From Candidatus Levybacteria bacterium RIFCSPHIGHO2_01_FULL_37_17 (GTDB lineage: Bacteria > Patescibacteriota > Microgenomatia > Levybacterales > UBA12049), in the NCBI GenBank assembly GCA_001782035.1, contig MFNL01000002.1:60865-124864 (forward strand): DNA of 64,000 bases, in the 5' to 3' direction. Positions 29,422 through 38,987 of this stretch are shown here, one piece after another; the stretch's first letter is position 1; every line of letters starts with the position of its first letter. The notes beneath the pieces are model-generated. The model did not search any database. It saw only the letters and a program-made list of their open reading frames with translations, and was not told where the DNA came from. Made by a program: the position numbers and the translations under genes.

Positions 29422-29621
29422 ACTATGGGATTACGAGTACCCCAAGTGTTTAAGAATTGTCATGATCCTGAGTTTTTTCGGAGGAGAACCAGATTCGTGG
29501 CTCTTTAGAGAAGTGGAAAAACATACTTCAACCTGAGGCTAATCCTGCTCTGTTTATTAACCGTCATTAGAGAGTGGAATTAATAAGCAACTCAACCTAT
29601 AGTTGATATATTTATTTTCAT

Positions 29622-30566
29622 TTGCTATACTCCACCATTATGAATGAACGATCAAATGCAGAAAGGGCTGAAGCAGTAACAAAATATACCGTAGAAATTC
29701 GTTCCATAAATGAGGATGGTGCTATTAGATTAAGAGACGAAGGATTGGCAGTTGCCCGAGAAATGGGTGTTCCAGGCTTTTTAGCAGTTTATAGTAGAAC
29801 TGGCATGGAAGAGACTACGCAAGTTCAAGGTGCAGCAACACTTCTTAACGTTGAAGTTGCAAGGGCAAAAATAAAAACAGTTTTAGCAGTTAGGCGATCT
29901 TCAAGACTTCAACGGGAAAGAATGGCAGAAAAAGGTCAAACAAGAGAAGACTTCGGTGGTCAGTTGGGAAGTCTTTTTGGTGGAGGGATTGCTTTGTTCG
30001 CCGATGAAGCAAGAACACAATTTATTGGAGCCATGGCATTTAGTGGAGGGACTCAAGAAGAAGACGAGGAAATTTGTAGAAGAGCTGTGGAGAGAATAGG
30101 TCTATATACAGATGTAGATCCAGTCTTAACCCAAAGCGTCAATGAAGAACAAGCTAATGACCGACTACAAACTTTTACATTTGATGGAGAACCTCTCAGG
30201 GTATCATACCAGGATACTGAGCACGTTGCTGAAGGTGTAGAATGTGACGTCTACCGATTTGAGGGAGACGATACCAAGGACTTAGGAATAATTAAGGTTA
30301 AGCCAGGTTTTAGTACACCACGACAAAGAGTTTTAGATGGAGATAGAACAATTGAGGGATACATGTCGGGCAAGGGTAAGCTTATTATTACCAAACCCGA
30401 TGGGACAATTGATAGTTATTCGTTTGATCAAGACACGCTAAATTTTACATTAAATGTGAGGATTGGCGAAATAATGCAGTGGCAAGCAGATACAGAATTT
30501 CCCTTAGTTGCATCTGAAGTGTGTTTTCCTCCCTACAATAATGATAGATACGAGAGAGTTGCTTAG
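29622..30566 (+). CDS. two-domain protein: N-terminal GlcG/HbpS-like (DUF336) domain plus an unknown C-terminal domain
   Basis: N-terminal 150 aa carry GlcG hallmarks (GVPGFLAVY..., FGGGIALF, FIGAMAFSGGTQEEDEEICRRAVERIG). The C-terminal 160 aa have no recognisable motif. Confidence 0.55.
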   Translation: MLYSTIMNERSNAERAEAVTKYTVEIRSINEDGAIRLRDEGLAVAREMGVPGFLAVYSRTGMEETTQVQGAATLLNVEVARAKIKTVLAVRRSSRLQRERMAEKGQTREDFGGQLGSLFGGGIALFADEARTQFIGAMAFSGGTQEEDEEICRRAVERIGLYTDVDPVLTQSVNEEQANDRLQTFTFDGEPLRVSYQDTEHVAEGVECDVYRFEGDDTKDLGIIKVKPGFSTPRQRVLDGDRTIEGYMSGKGKLIITKPDGTIDSYSFDQDTLNFTLNVRIGEIMQWQADTEFPLVASEVCFPPYNNDRYERVA

Positions 30567-30729
30567 CTTGTTGTATTAATCTAACTTCACAAGATCTATG
30601 TACTCCAAATGTTTAGGAATTGGAACCAGATACGAGCTTCAATCAGACATGGGATCGTATATTGAATCCTAGCCTCAGTTCAGCATTACAGCTTAGCTAC
30701 CAATAGGGAGTGGAAATAGTTGATTAGAT

Positions 30730-31035
30730 TTACCTTCTTCCGTCTAACATTGGAGTTGGTGCAATTTTTTCAACCATTCTTTCAATAGCTTCTGTAGGAA
30801 TATCACCCGTATCGTATGTAACAAAAGCTGCACCTTTCGGAACTCTGGCATTTCCATCAGGATATGGAGCTCCTTCATCAGCAACTATTCTAAATGGAAG
30901 ATCAAAACGACCAAGTACTTCTCTAAGAGCGAAAGCTCTTTCAAGACTTACAGTACTTGTATGTGGCAAAATTTCATTTGGATTTCTTTCAGGCAATCTT
31001 TCTGGCATGATTGAGGAATTATAATACTTGAACAA
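30730..31035 (-). CDS. hypothetical small Arg/Pro-rich protein
   Basis: 101-aa ORF in the GC-rich island; no family recognised. Confidence 0.3.
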   Translation of the reverse strand: MFKYYNSSIMPERLPERNPNEILPHTSTVSLERAFALREVLGRFDLPFRIVADEGAPYPDGNARVPKGAAFVTYDTGDIPTEAIERMVEKIAPTPMLDGRR

Positions 31036-31061
31036 GCGAATGTCAATACTATGAGCTCTTG

Positions 31062-31134
31062 TACCGCGTAGGGGAGTCGAACCCCTGATTCCCTGGCTGA
31101 AAACCAGGTGTCCTAGGCCACTAGACGAACGCGG
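31062..31134 (-). tRNA. tRNA-Glu (TTC)
   Basis: rc reads GCCGCGTTCGTCTAGTGGCCTAGGACACCTGGTTTTCAGCCAGGGAATCAGGGGTTCGACTCCCCTACGCGGTA; anticodon loop TTTTCAG. Confidence 0.85.
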
Positions 31135-31179
31135 CAGGACAGATATTATACCTTAAAATTAACTTTTAAGGCAAACTAT

Positions 31180-31833
31180 CTATTTTAACCTTCGCCTAAG
31201 ACCCTCTACTACGTCTTTTGCGCTATCTTGTCCGCCGAGTCCAAATGCGATACCTCCTGCAATTGCAAACATTGCAACCAGACCAGTAAACAATATTCTT
31301 ATTAAATCTGTTGCAACTCCAAGTTGGCTTAACACAGCCAAAATGACAAATATGTTTATTGCCCATTTTGTTACAGAGGCAACGGTGTTTGCTGCTTGAG
31401 CATCTACTCCTTTAACAGACGCCAAAACTAAATCGTGGGCTATTCTTGCAAATACAAACCCTACTATTGCAATAACAGCAGCCACAAATACATTTGGCAT
31501 GTAAAGTAAAAACTGGTTTAAAACCGTAATTATCCTTGGCATATTCCATACTTCTGCAGTTGGAATAAGAAAAACGACTATTACAAACCACCTTACAATT
31601 TCAGCCAAAATATTCGTCCAGCTATATTCGCCCAATTCGGGTACTCCATACCTTCGAAGGTAAGCCTCTACTTTTAAAGATTTAGAAACACTTACAATAA
31701 CCTGTTTAACTAATGATCCAATAATGACACCAATAAGTAAGATTATTGCTCCTGTTAGAAATCTTGGAATGAAGTTTACCGTGGCATAGAAGGCGCTGTT
31801 GAACGAGGCAGATAATGTTGCTCCAATATCCAT
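31180..31833 (-). CDS. membrane protein with repeated conserved TM helices (MscS N-terminal-like TM_helix repeats)
   Basis: Five or six hydrophobic helices with repeated IxxAxxIIxGxxIxR-like segments. Confidence 0.5.
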   Translation of the reverse strand: MDIGATLSASFNSAFYATVNFIPRFLTGAIILLIGVIIGSLVKQVIVSVSKSLKVEAYLRRYGVPELGEYSWTNILAEIVRWFVIVVFLIPTAEVWNMPRIITVLNQFLLYMPNVFVAAVIAIVGFVFARIAHDLVLASVKGVDAQAANTVASVTKWAINIFVILAVLSQLGVATDLIRILFTGLVAMFAIAGGIAFGLGGQDSAKDVVEGLRRRLK

Positions 31834-31887
31834 TATGTTTTCACCTCCTTTCGCGATTTTAATCAGTCTATATTCTTTTAAGCTGGC

Positions 31888-31917
31888 TTGTCAAGTGCTA
31901 AGGTTGCTTGATATAAT
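31888..31917 (+). promoter_or_regulatory. promoter for tRNA-Lys(TTT): TTGTCA-N18-TATAAT
   Basis: Consensus hexamers 9 nt upstream of the tRNA 5' end. Confidence 0.5.
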
Positions 31918-31925
31918 TTGCGGGC

Positions 31926-31997
31926 GGGCCGTTAGCTCAGCGGTAGAGCAGGAGCCTTTTAAGCTCTTGGTCGCAGGTTCGAATCCTGCACGGCTCA
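31926..31997 (+). tRNA. tRNA-Lys (TTT)
   Basis: GGGCCGTTAGCTCAGCGGTAGAGCAGGAGCCTTTTAAGCTCTTGGTCGCAGGTTCGAATCCTGCACGGCTCA. Confidence 0.85.
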
Positions 31998-32990
31998 CTT
32001 TTCAAAATAGTTGTAGACTTCTTGGGAGATATTCGCAATCGTTTCATCTGCGTTATTTTTAGAATTCGTCTCGCTTAACACGACAATTATATAAGGGCCA
32101 TTATTTGCATAAACAATACCAGCGTCATGACTAAACTTACCTAACTCTCCTGTCTTATGAGAAATATCCAACGAATCCGGTAGATATTTGGGGAGTTTTT
32201 GATTTATAACTTGTTTTTTTAAAATAGATAACATTTCGTCTGTGTATTCTTGATTTGCAAGCTCGCCGTAATACAATTTGTATAAAAATTGAAAAGTATC
32301 GTAAACGGTTGTTGTCGGATTAGAATCTTTAGTTCCGATATTAGAATTACTTAGACCATACTCGTTTAAGTATATTTTCACATTAGAAAGCCCAAGCTTA
32401 GAGGATAAAAGAAGAGCTGAATAATTGTCGGACCTTGAAATCATTTGGTCTAAAGCATTTTTCACAGTTAAAGATATGCCGCCTATGTTTTTTTCTGCAG
32501 ATTCAGAAGCAATGTTAAATATTCTATTTAAATTTTCAATGCTATCGGAGATAAGTAAATTTTTGTCCAACAAACCGTTTTCGATTTTTTTGTATGCGTA
32601 ACCCATTATCCAGAGTTTATACAAACTGGCGCTATCGAAAACCCGATGTTTATTTAAATAATATTCTTCTCCTGTTTTTAAATTTAGTACTGCGACAGCA
32701 TAAGTTCCATTTTTTCCTTTTACGCTTTCCGCAACTATTGCAGTAAGTTGCTGATTTTCTCTTGGTTCTGTATTTACACTTACAACTTCAAAGTTAACAT
32801 TTTCTGCCAAAGGAGAAATAATACTCAAACTTTTGCTATTGCTAGGAATAAACAAGTTAAGAATAAATAATGCAATTAAGGAAACAATAATTAAAGCCGC
32901 TGCCCAAAAAATAAATTTCTTAAAAGTAGTCTTTCTTGTAGATCTATATCCAACATGATAATTGGAATAATAATTTGCTTCTCCAAGCAT
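31995..32990 (-). CDS. membrane-anchored class A beta-lactamase-like serine hydrolase
   Basis: SxxK (SASLYK), SxN (SRSDN) and KTG-like (HKTGE) motifs in class A order; N-terminal TM. Confidence 0.6.
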   Translation of the reverse strand: MLGEANYYSNYHVGYRSTRKTTFKKFIFWAAALIIVSLIALFILNLFIPSNSKSLSIISPLAENVNFEVVSVNTEPRENQQLTAIVAESVKGKNGTYAVAVLNLKTGEEYYLNKHRVFDSASLYKLWIMGYAYKKIENGLLDKNLLISDSIENLNRIFNIASESAEKNIGGISLTVKNALDQMISRSDNYSALLLSSKLGLSNVKIYLNEYGLSNSNIGTKDSNPTTTVYDTFQFLYKLYYGELANQEYTDEMLSILKKQVINQKLPKYLPDSLDISHKTGELGKFSHDAGIVYANNGPYIIVVLSETNSKNNADETIANISQEVYNYFEK

Positions 32991-33060
32991 TGTAAAAAGA
33001 CTATATCATACTAACTCTTTTATTTGAAGCTAAATTAGACTATAATTTTAGTTTAGCAAA

Positions 33061-35937
33061 ATGGATAAAATTATCGTAAAAGGGGCGCGGGAAAATAATT
33101 TAAAGAACATAGATTTAGAAATTCCGAAGGGAAAACTAGTTGTTTTCACCGGACTTTCTGGTAGCGGCAAGTCTTCGCTTGCTTTCGACACCATATACGC
33201 AGAGGGTCAAAGAAGGTATGTTGAAAGCCTTTCATCATATGCCAGGCAATTTCTTGGAGTTATGAAAAAACCGGACGCAGACTTAATTGAAGGCTTATCT
33301 CCGGCAATATCAATAGACCAAAAATCCACTACACATAATCCTAGGTCTACTGTTGGAACTGTCACCGAAATTTATGACTATCTAAGATTACTTTTTGCAA
33401 GAATAGGACACCCTCACTGCCCAAAGTGCGGGAGAGAAATAACGAGAATGAGTAAAGAGCAGATTACAACAGCAGTAATGGAATTGTTGCAAAAGAAAAA
33501 CTCAAAAAATTTAAAACTATTAATTCTTGCACCAATTGTTAAAGACAGAAAAGGAGAATATAGTCAGCTTTTTTCAGATTTAAAAAAAAGAGGATACAAA
33601 AAGGTCAGGGTTGATGGACAAATTTTTAGTATTGACGATGATTTTGTATTAATTAAAACAAACAAGCATACAATAGAAGCAGTTATTGACTCTGTTGTAT
33701 TAACAAAAGATTCAGATAAAAGCAGAATTTATTCAGATATTGAACAAGGGTTAAAGCTTGGTAATGGGGAAATAATTGTATCCGAGATAAAAGATGCGGG
33801 TTTTTCAATCCCTGATAAGCCAAAGAAAATGAATGACGAACTTTTCTCGGAAAAATTTGCATGTCCGGTTGATAATATATTTATTCCAGAAGTTGAACCA
33901 AGAATTTTTTCATTCAATACTCCACATGGGGCTTGCCCCGTGTGCAACGGGTTAGGGACTATTTTAAACGTAGATAGAGACCTCGTATTTAATTTAAATC
34001 TAACAATTGCAGAGGGGGGAATAACTCCATTTTTTAATCTATTATCACACGATACCTGGTTTTCTCGAACATTTAAAACATTTTGTGAAGACAACGAAAT
34101 ACCCCTTAATATAAAAATGTCAGATTTAAACAAGCAAAAAAAAGAGCTACTCCTTTATGGGACCGGAGAAAAATTATATGAAGTTTATGGAGAAAATAGA
34201 TGGGGCAGAAATACATTGATTGAGGAGCCATTTGAGGGAATAATTCATGAGCTAAAGAAAAGATACTCATCTACAGAATCAATGTTTGTCAGAGCACAAA
34301 TTGAAAAATTTATGAGGTATGAAATATGTAATGAGTGCAACGGGGCAAGATTAAAAAAGGAAGCATTATCCGTTACTATTCAGGGAAAGTCTATAGTTGA
34401 TATCAGTGAAATGTCAATTGAGGATTCGATTGATTTTGTTTTGGAACTTTTTGGCAATCCAAATTCAAGAGAGCTTCAGATTTCAAAAATGATTTTAAAA
34501 GAGATAAAACAAAGGCTTTCTTTTTTAATGGATGTAGGACTTGAATATTTAACGCTTTCAAGAAGTGCGCAAACTCTTGCGGGAGGGGAGGCTCAAAGAA
34601 TTAGGTTAGCGTCTCAAATTGGCAGTGGTTTAACAGGTGTTTTATATGTTTTGGATGAGCCATCAATTGGATTGCACCAGCGTGATAATCAAAAGCTAAT
34701 AGATACTCTTAAGGCTCTTAAAAGCCTAGGGAATACGGTTTTGGTCGTTGAACATGATGAGGAAATGATGAAACAGGCGGATTATATATTTGATTTCGGC
34801 CCAGCAGCCGGAGAACACGGTGGCAACATTATCTCTTATGGAACGCCAAAGGAAATAATGAATGACCCAAATTCATTAACCGGGCAATATTTATCGGGTA
34901 AGAAAAAAATTAAATCGGTTCAGGCTACAGAACCATCCGGAGAAACAAAAAAACTTATTATAGAGGAAGCTAGTGAACACAATTTAAAAAACATAACCGT
35001 AGAGTTTCCGTTAAATAAGCTAATCGTTGTAACCGGAGTTTCAGGGAGCGGAAAATCTACTTTAATAAATGACATTTTATATCATGCACTAATGCAAAAA
35101 AACAATCCATATCACAGACAAAAAGCGGGAAAATACAAAAGCATGTCTGGACATGAAAATATTAAAAACGTATTTATGATTGATCAATCTCCAATTGGAA
35201 GGACTCCACGAAGTAATCCTGCTACATACATAGGGGCGTTTAATTACATAAGAGATTTATTTGCAAAAACAAAAGAATCCAAAATTAGAGGCTATGGGCC
35301 AGGAAGATTCTCATTTAACGTAAAAGGTGGACGTTGCGAGGCATGTGAGGGTGAAGGGAAAATAAAGATCGAAATGCAATTTTTACCCGATGTGTATGTC
35401 ACTTGCGAGGTTTGCAATGGACTACAGTATAACGAAGAAGCTTTAAAGGTACAATTTAATGGAAAAAATATTGCAGAGATCTTACGAATGAGCGTTGAAC
35501 AAGCATTGGATTTTTTCAAGAATGTATCAGGGCTTTCACATAAGCTCCAGACTTTAAATGATGTAGGACTTTCGTACATTAAAATGGGACAAAGTGCTCC
35601 GACTTTATCTGGCGGAGAGGCTCAAAGGGTAAAGCTGGCCGCTGAACTTTCTAAACGGGGCTCCAATGCATTATATTTGTTGGACGAGCCAACAACTGGA
35701 CTCCACTTTGCCGATTTGGAAAAGCTTTTATCAGTACTTAGAAAGCTTGTAAATATAGGAAATACTGTAATTGTAATAGAGCATAATATCGAAGTTATAA
35801 AAAACGCAGACTACATTATTGATTTGGGACCGGAAGGCGGTGAAAAGGGCGGCTTGGTGGTTGCAACAGGAACGCCACAAGACATAACTAACGCTAAAAA
35901 CTCATACACAGGACAGTTTTTAAAGAAAAGCCTCTAG
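33061..35937 (+). CDS. uvrA: excinuclease ABC subunit A
   Basis: Two ABC ATPase modules ([10 protein letters not shown]; [10 protein letters not shown]), zinc fingers ([13 protein letters not shown]) and LSGGE signature motifs. Confidence 0.9.
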   Translation: MDKIIVKGARENNLKNIDLEIPKGKLVVFTGLSGSGKSSLAFDTIYAEGQRRYVESLSSYARQFLGVMKKPDADLIEGLSPAISIDQKSTTHNPRSTVGTVTEIYDYLRLLFARIGHPHCPKCGREITRMSKEQITTAVMELLQKKNSKNLKLLILAPIVKDRKGEYSQLFSDLKKRGYKKVRVDGQIFSIDDDFVLIKTNKHTIEAVIDSVVLTKDSDKSRIYSDIEQGLKLGNGEIIVSEIKDAGFSIPDKPKKMNDELFSEKFACPVDNIFIPEVEPRIFSFNTPHGACPVCNGLGTILNVDRDLVFNLNLTIAEGGITPFFNLLSHDTWFSRTFKTFCEDNEIPLNIKMSDLNKQKKELLLYGTGEKLYEVYGENRWGRNTLIEEPFEGIIHELKKRYSSTESMFVRAQIEKFMRYEICNECNGARLKKEALSVTIQGKSIVDISEMSIEDSIDFVLELFGNPNSRELQISKMILKEIKQRLSFLMDVGLEYLTLSRSAQTLAGGEAQRIRLASQIGSGLTGVLYVLDEPSIGLHQRDNQKLIDTLKALKSLGNTVLVVEHDEEMMKQADYIFDFGPAAGEHGGNIISYGTPKEIMNDPNSLTGQYLSGKKKIKSVQATEPSGETKKLIIEEASEHNLKNITVEFPLNKLIVVTGVSGSGKSTLINDILYHALMQKNNPYHRQKAGKYKSMSGHENIKNVFMIDQSPIGRTPRSNPATYIGAFNYIRDLFAKTKESKIRGYGPGRFSFNVKGGRCEACEGEGKIKIEMQFLPDVYVTCEVCNGLQYNEEALKVQFNGKNIAEILRMSVEQALDFFKNVSGLSHKLQTLNDVGLSYIKMGQSAPTLSGGEAQRVKLAAELSKRGSNALYLLDEPTTGLHFADLEKLLSVLRKLVNIGNTVIVIEHNIEVIKNADYIIDLGPEGGEKGGLVVATGTPQDITNAKNSYTGQFLKKSL

Positions 35938-35956
35938 GATAATATATAATAAGCTA

Positions 35957-37843
35957 ATGAAGAAAATTTTGCTTTTTTTAGTTTTAACTATTATATTCTT
36001 CATTTTTACACCAAGCACTTTTGCGTCTGATAACTTCAGCACCGATTACAAAGTCAAATACGATATTGGCTCAAACGCAGATACCCTTACTACAATTGAA
36101 GTAACGCTCACAAACTTATCGGACAATTATTATGCATCCTCATATGATATTGAAGTTGGGTTTAACGACTTAAGAAATTTAAGCGCAACAGAGTCAAATG
36201 GAAAAATAGAACCCCAAATAACTAAAACTGAAAAAGGTTCCAAAATACATATCCCCTTTAATGAAAGAGTCGTTGGGAGAGGAAATAAGCTCAATTTTGC
36301 TGTTACTTTTTATACCAACCAAATAGCACAGAATCTTCAAAATGTTTGGGATGTTAATATTCCGGGGATTTCAAAAAAAGCAGACCTTGATAATTTTAGC
36401 GTCTCACTTAGTTATCCTTCATTTTTAGGAAATCCTGTTTATATAAAACCATCTCCATCAAGGAAACTAGATATAAATGGTAGTTCTATAAATTTTACAG
36501 GAGCGGATTTAGGAGAATCAGGAATTTCTCTTGCTTTCGGAGAATTTCAAGTTTACAACTTTAACCTCACATATCATTTAAGGAATGAGAATTTATATAA
36601 AGCAAGAACAGAGATAGCCCTACCACCAACTACCAACTATCAAGATGTAAGGCTGGATAAAATAATTCCCAATCCCCAAAATGTATACATTGACAAAGAT
36701 GGTAATTGGCTTGCTGAATTTACATTAAATCCGTCACAGAAAATCGACGTAACAGTAATAGGTGGCGCGAAGGTGTACATTACTCCTAAAAAAGAGCAGC
36801 AAAGCAAATCCGAACTAGAGCCCTATCTAAAAGAGACGACTTACTGGGAGGTAAATAATGCCAAGATAAAAGATCTGGCTAAGGTTTTAAAGACTCCTAG
36901 GCAGATATACGATTATGTTGTTAAAACTTTAAGTTATGATTTTTCAAGAGTTGAATCGCAAAGTCCAAGGCTGGGTGCCTTAGGATCCGTAAACAAGCCG
37001 GATTCTGCGGTATGTCTTGAGTTTGCAGACTTATTCATTGCAATAGCAAGAGCAGCGGGGATTCCTGCAAGATCAGTAAATGGGTACGCTTATACAGAAA
37101 ATAGTAATCAGAGACCTTTATCTTTTGTTCAAGATATATTACATGCTTGGCCGGAATATTATGACTACGAAAAATCTTCATGGATAATGGTAGATCCAAC
37201 GTGGGGAAATACTACAAACGGCGTTGATTACTTCGACACTTTAGATTTTGACCACTTCACATTCGTAAAAAATGGAATCAAGAGCTCATACCCTGTACCT
37301 GCAGGTGGATATAAGTTTTCGGATAACATAAACGCTAAAGATGTAAAAGTCTCAATAGGAGAAAAATTCACTCAATCAAATAGTGATTTAAATGTCAAAA
37401 TTGATATTATGCAAAACCATATAAGCGGGTTTCCAATAACCGGCGGTGTTGAAATTAAAAACGCATCAGGCGTGCTTTCAAGCTCTGAAAAACTTTATAT
37501 ATTCTCAGAAAAACTAAAGCCAAGCTATCAGGAGCTATTAGTCTCCCCTATTCCTCCGTTTGGAAAAAACACAATTTCTTTCAAATTCACGTCGACTGAT
37601 ATTTTGACAAATGAGTCAGATGTAATTAGAATAAGCCTTGACAAAAAATCGTCATATAAAAATATTTACATTTCTCCATTTTTCTTTAATAAATGGTTTT
37701 TGACTGGAGGTGTTTTAGTTGTCATATTCATTGTCCTCATACCAGTCGCTTTCATCGGATTGCGGCGTTTATATATTCGAAGACTCAAAAGGCAAGATAA
37801 TATACGTGGGGAAAGCAATAAACCTACGCAAGAGAGTTTCTAG
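35957..37843 (+). CDS. secreted transglutaminase-like cysteine protease-fold protein with a C-terminal TM anchor
   Basis: Signal peptide; transglutaminase-like core (CLEFADLFIAIARAAGIPARSVNGYAY ... HAWPEYYD ... WIMVDPTW) consistent with a Cys-His-Asp triad. Confidence 0.7.
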   Translation: MKKILLFLVLTIIFFIFTPSTFASDNFSTDYKVKYDIGSNADTLTTIEVTLTNLSDNYYASSYDIEVGFNDLRNLSATESNGKIEPQITKTEKGSKIHIPFNERVVGRGNKLNFAVTFYTNQIAQNLQNVWDVNIPGISKKADLDNFSVSLSYPSFLGNPVYIKPSPSRKLDINGSSINFTGADLGESGISLAFGEFQVYNFNLTYHLRNENLYKARTEIALPPTTNYQDVRLDKIIPNPQNVYIDKDGNWLAEFTLNPSQKIDVTVIGGAKVYITPKKEQQSKSELEPYLKETTYWEVNNAKIKDLAKVLKTPRQIYDYVVKTLSYDFSRVESQSPRLGALGSVNKPDSAVCLEFADLFIAIARAAGIPARSVNGYAYTENSNQRPLSFVQDILHAWPEYYDYEKSSWIMVDPTWGNTTNGVDYFDTLDFDHFTFVKNGIKSSYPVPAGGYKFSDNINAKDVKVSIGEKFTQSNSDLNVKIDIMQNHISGFPITGGVEIKNASGVLSSSEKLYIFSEKLKPSYQELLVSPIPPFGKNTISFKFTSTDILTNESDVIRISLDKKSSYKNIYISPFFFNKWFLTGGVLVVIFIVLIPVAFIGLRRLYIRRLKRQDNIRGESNKPTQESF

Positions 37844-38987
37844 TTATTTTCAAGATAAAAACCTCGGAGAAAAAACAAGGCAACTAGTTTCTAAAATTGC
37901 AGATATAAAGACAATTAGAGTTAGGTCTGAAGTTGAAGCATTTCTTTTAGAAGAAAGATTAATAAAAAAACACAGTCCCAAATTTAACATTAGCTTAAAA
38001 GATGCTAAAACTTATCCTTTTGTTAAAATTAATATAAAAGATAAATACCCGTCTGTTATTTTAACAAGAAAAATTGAAGACAACTCTTTATATTTCGGTC
38101 CTTATATAAGTATTAATTCATTAAGGTCTGTTCTTAAAATGCTCCGAAGAATATTTCCATATGTTTCGGTTAGAAATCATCCCAATTATTTATGTCTCTA
38201 TTACCATTTAGGCCTTTGCCCTTGTCCAAATGTTACCAAAGATCCAAATTATAAAAAAACAGTAAAACATATAGTAGATTTTTTAAGTGGAAAAACTAAA
38301 AAGGTAGTAAGGGATCTTGAAAAGGAAAGAAACAGTTATAGCAGAATAGAAATCTTCGAAAAAGCCGAAAATGCACAAAAACAGATTGAATATATAAAGC
38401 TTATAACCAGTCCTTTTTATAAACCATTCGAATATGAGACAAATCCTAATTTAAGATTGGATATAGTAGAAAATGAAATCCAGCAGCTTAAGGATATCTT
38501 AAATAGCAACAACGTGGCAGTTATAAAACTAGACAGAATAGAGTGTTATGATATTTCAAATACTTCGGGCAAGAATTCCACCGCTTCTATGGTGGTCTTT
38601 GCTAATGGTGAGAAGGATTCAGGTGCTTATAGAAGGTTTAGAATCAAGGGCCTCTATAATAACAAGGCAAACGATTTTGAAATGCTAAAAGAAGTATTAA
38701 AAAGAAGATTTAACCATGCTGATTGGCCGAATCCAGATTTGGTGATTGTGGATGGAGGAAAAGGACAAGTTTCTTCAGCATCAATAGCTCTTTCGGATAT
38801 AAATATATCAATCCCACTTATCGGTCTTGCAAAAAGGGAGGAAGTAATTATAAATCAAGGTTTAAAAGAAATTGTACTTCCAAAAGACTCTAAGGCTTTG
38901 CAGCTTGTTATGAGAATCAGAGATGAAGCACACAGATTTGCTATAGCCTATCACAGAAAGCTTAGGGAAAAGTTTATTTTCGACTGA
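37719..38987 (+). CDS. uvrC: excinuclease ABC subunit C, short form lacking the C-terminal HhH
   Basis: GIY-YIG N-domain (GVYIFEDSKGKIIYVGKAINLRKRVSSYF ... EAFLLEERLIKKHSPKFNI), UvrBC-interaction region and RNase H-like endonuclease domain. It overlaps the upstream gene by about 125 nt. Confidence 0.7.
   Translation: MSYSLSSYQSLSSDCGVYIFEDSKGKIIYVGKAINLRKRVSSYFQDKNLGEKTRQLVSKIADIKTIRVRSEVEAFLLEERLIKKHSPKFNISLKDAKTYPFVKINIKDKYPSVILTRKIEDNSLYFGPYISINSLRSVLKMLRRIFPYVSVRNHPNYLCLYYHLGLCPCPNVTKDPNYKKTVKHIVDFLSGKTKKVVRDLEKERNSYSRIEIFEKAENAQKQIEYIKLITSPFYKPFEYETNPNLRLDIVENEIQQLKDILNSNNVAVIKLDRIECYDISNTSGKNSTASMVVFANGEKDSGAYRRFRIKGLYNNKANDFEMLKEVLKRRFNHADWPNPDLVIVDGGKGQVSSASIALSDINISIPLIGLAKREEVIINQGLKEIVLPKDSKALQLVMRIRDEAHRFAIAYHRKLREKFIFD

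Noticed and set aside
28641-31061. Search for att-type direct repeats (a copy of the tRNA-Glu 3' end) at the far edge of the island, and for an integrase
   Set aside because: Neither was found by eye. The island is therefore reported as compositionally atypical rather than as a defined integrative element.
32991-33060. GACTRTAT motif shared between the uvrA upstream region and the lexA control region
   Set aside because: In the uvrA region both copies coincide with TATAAT/TATATC -10-like elements. The resemblance is probably promoter sequence rather than a shared operator.
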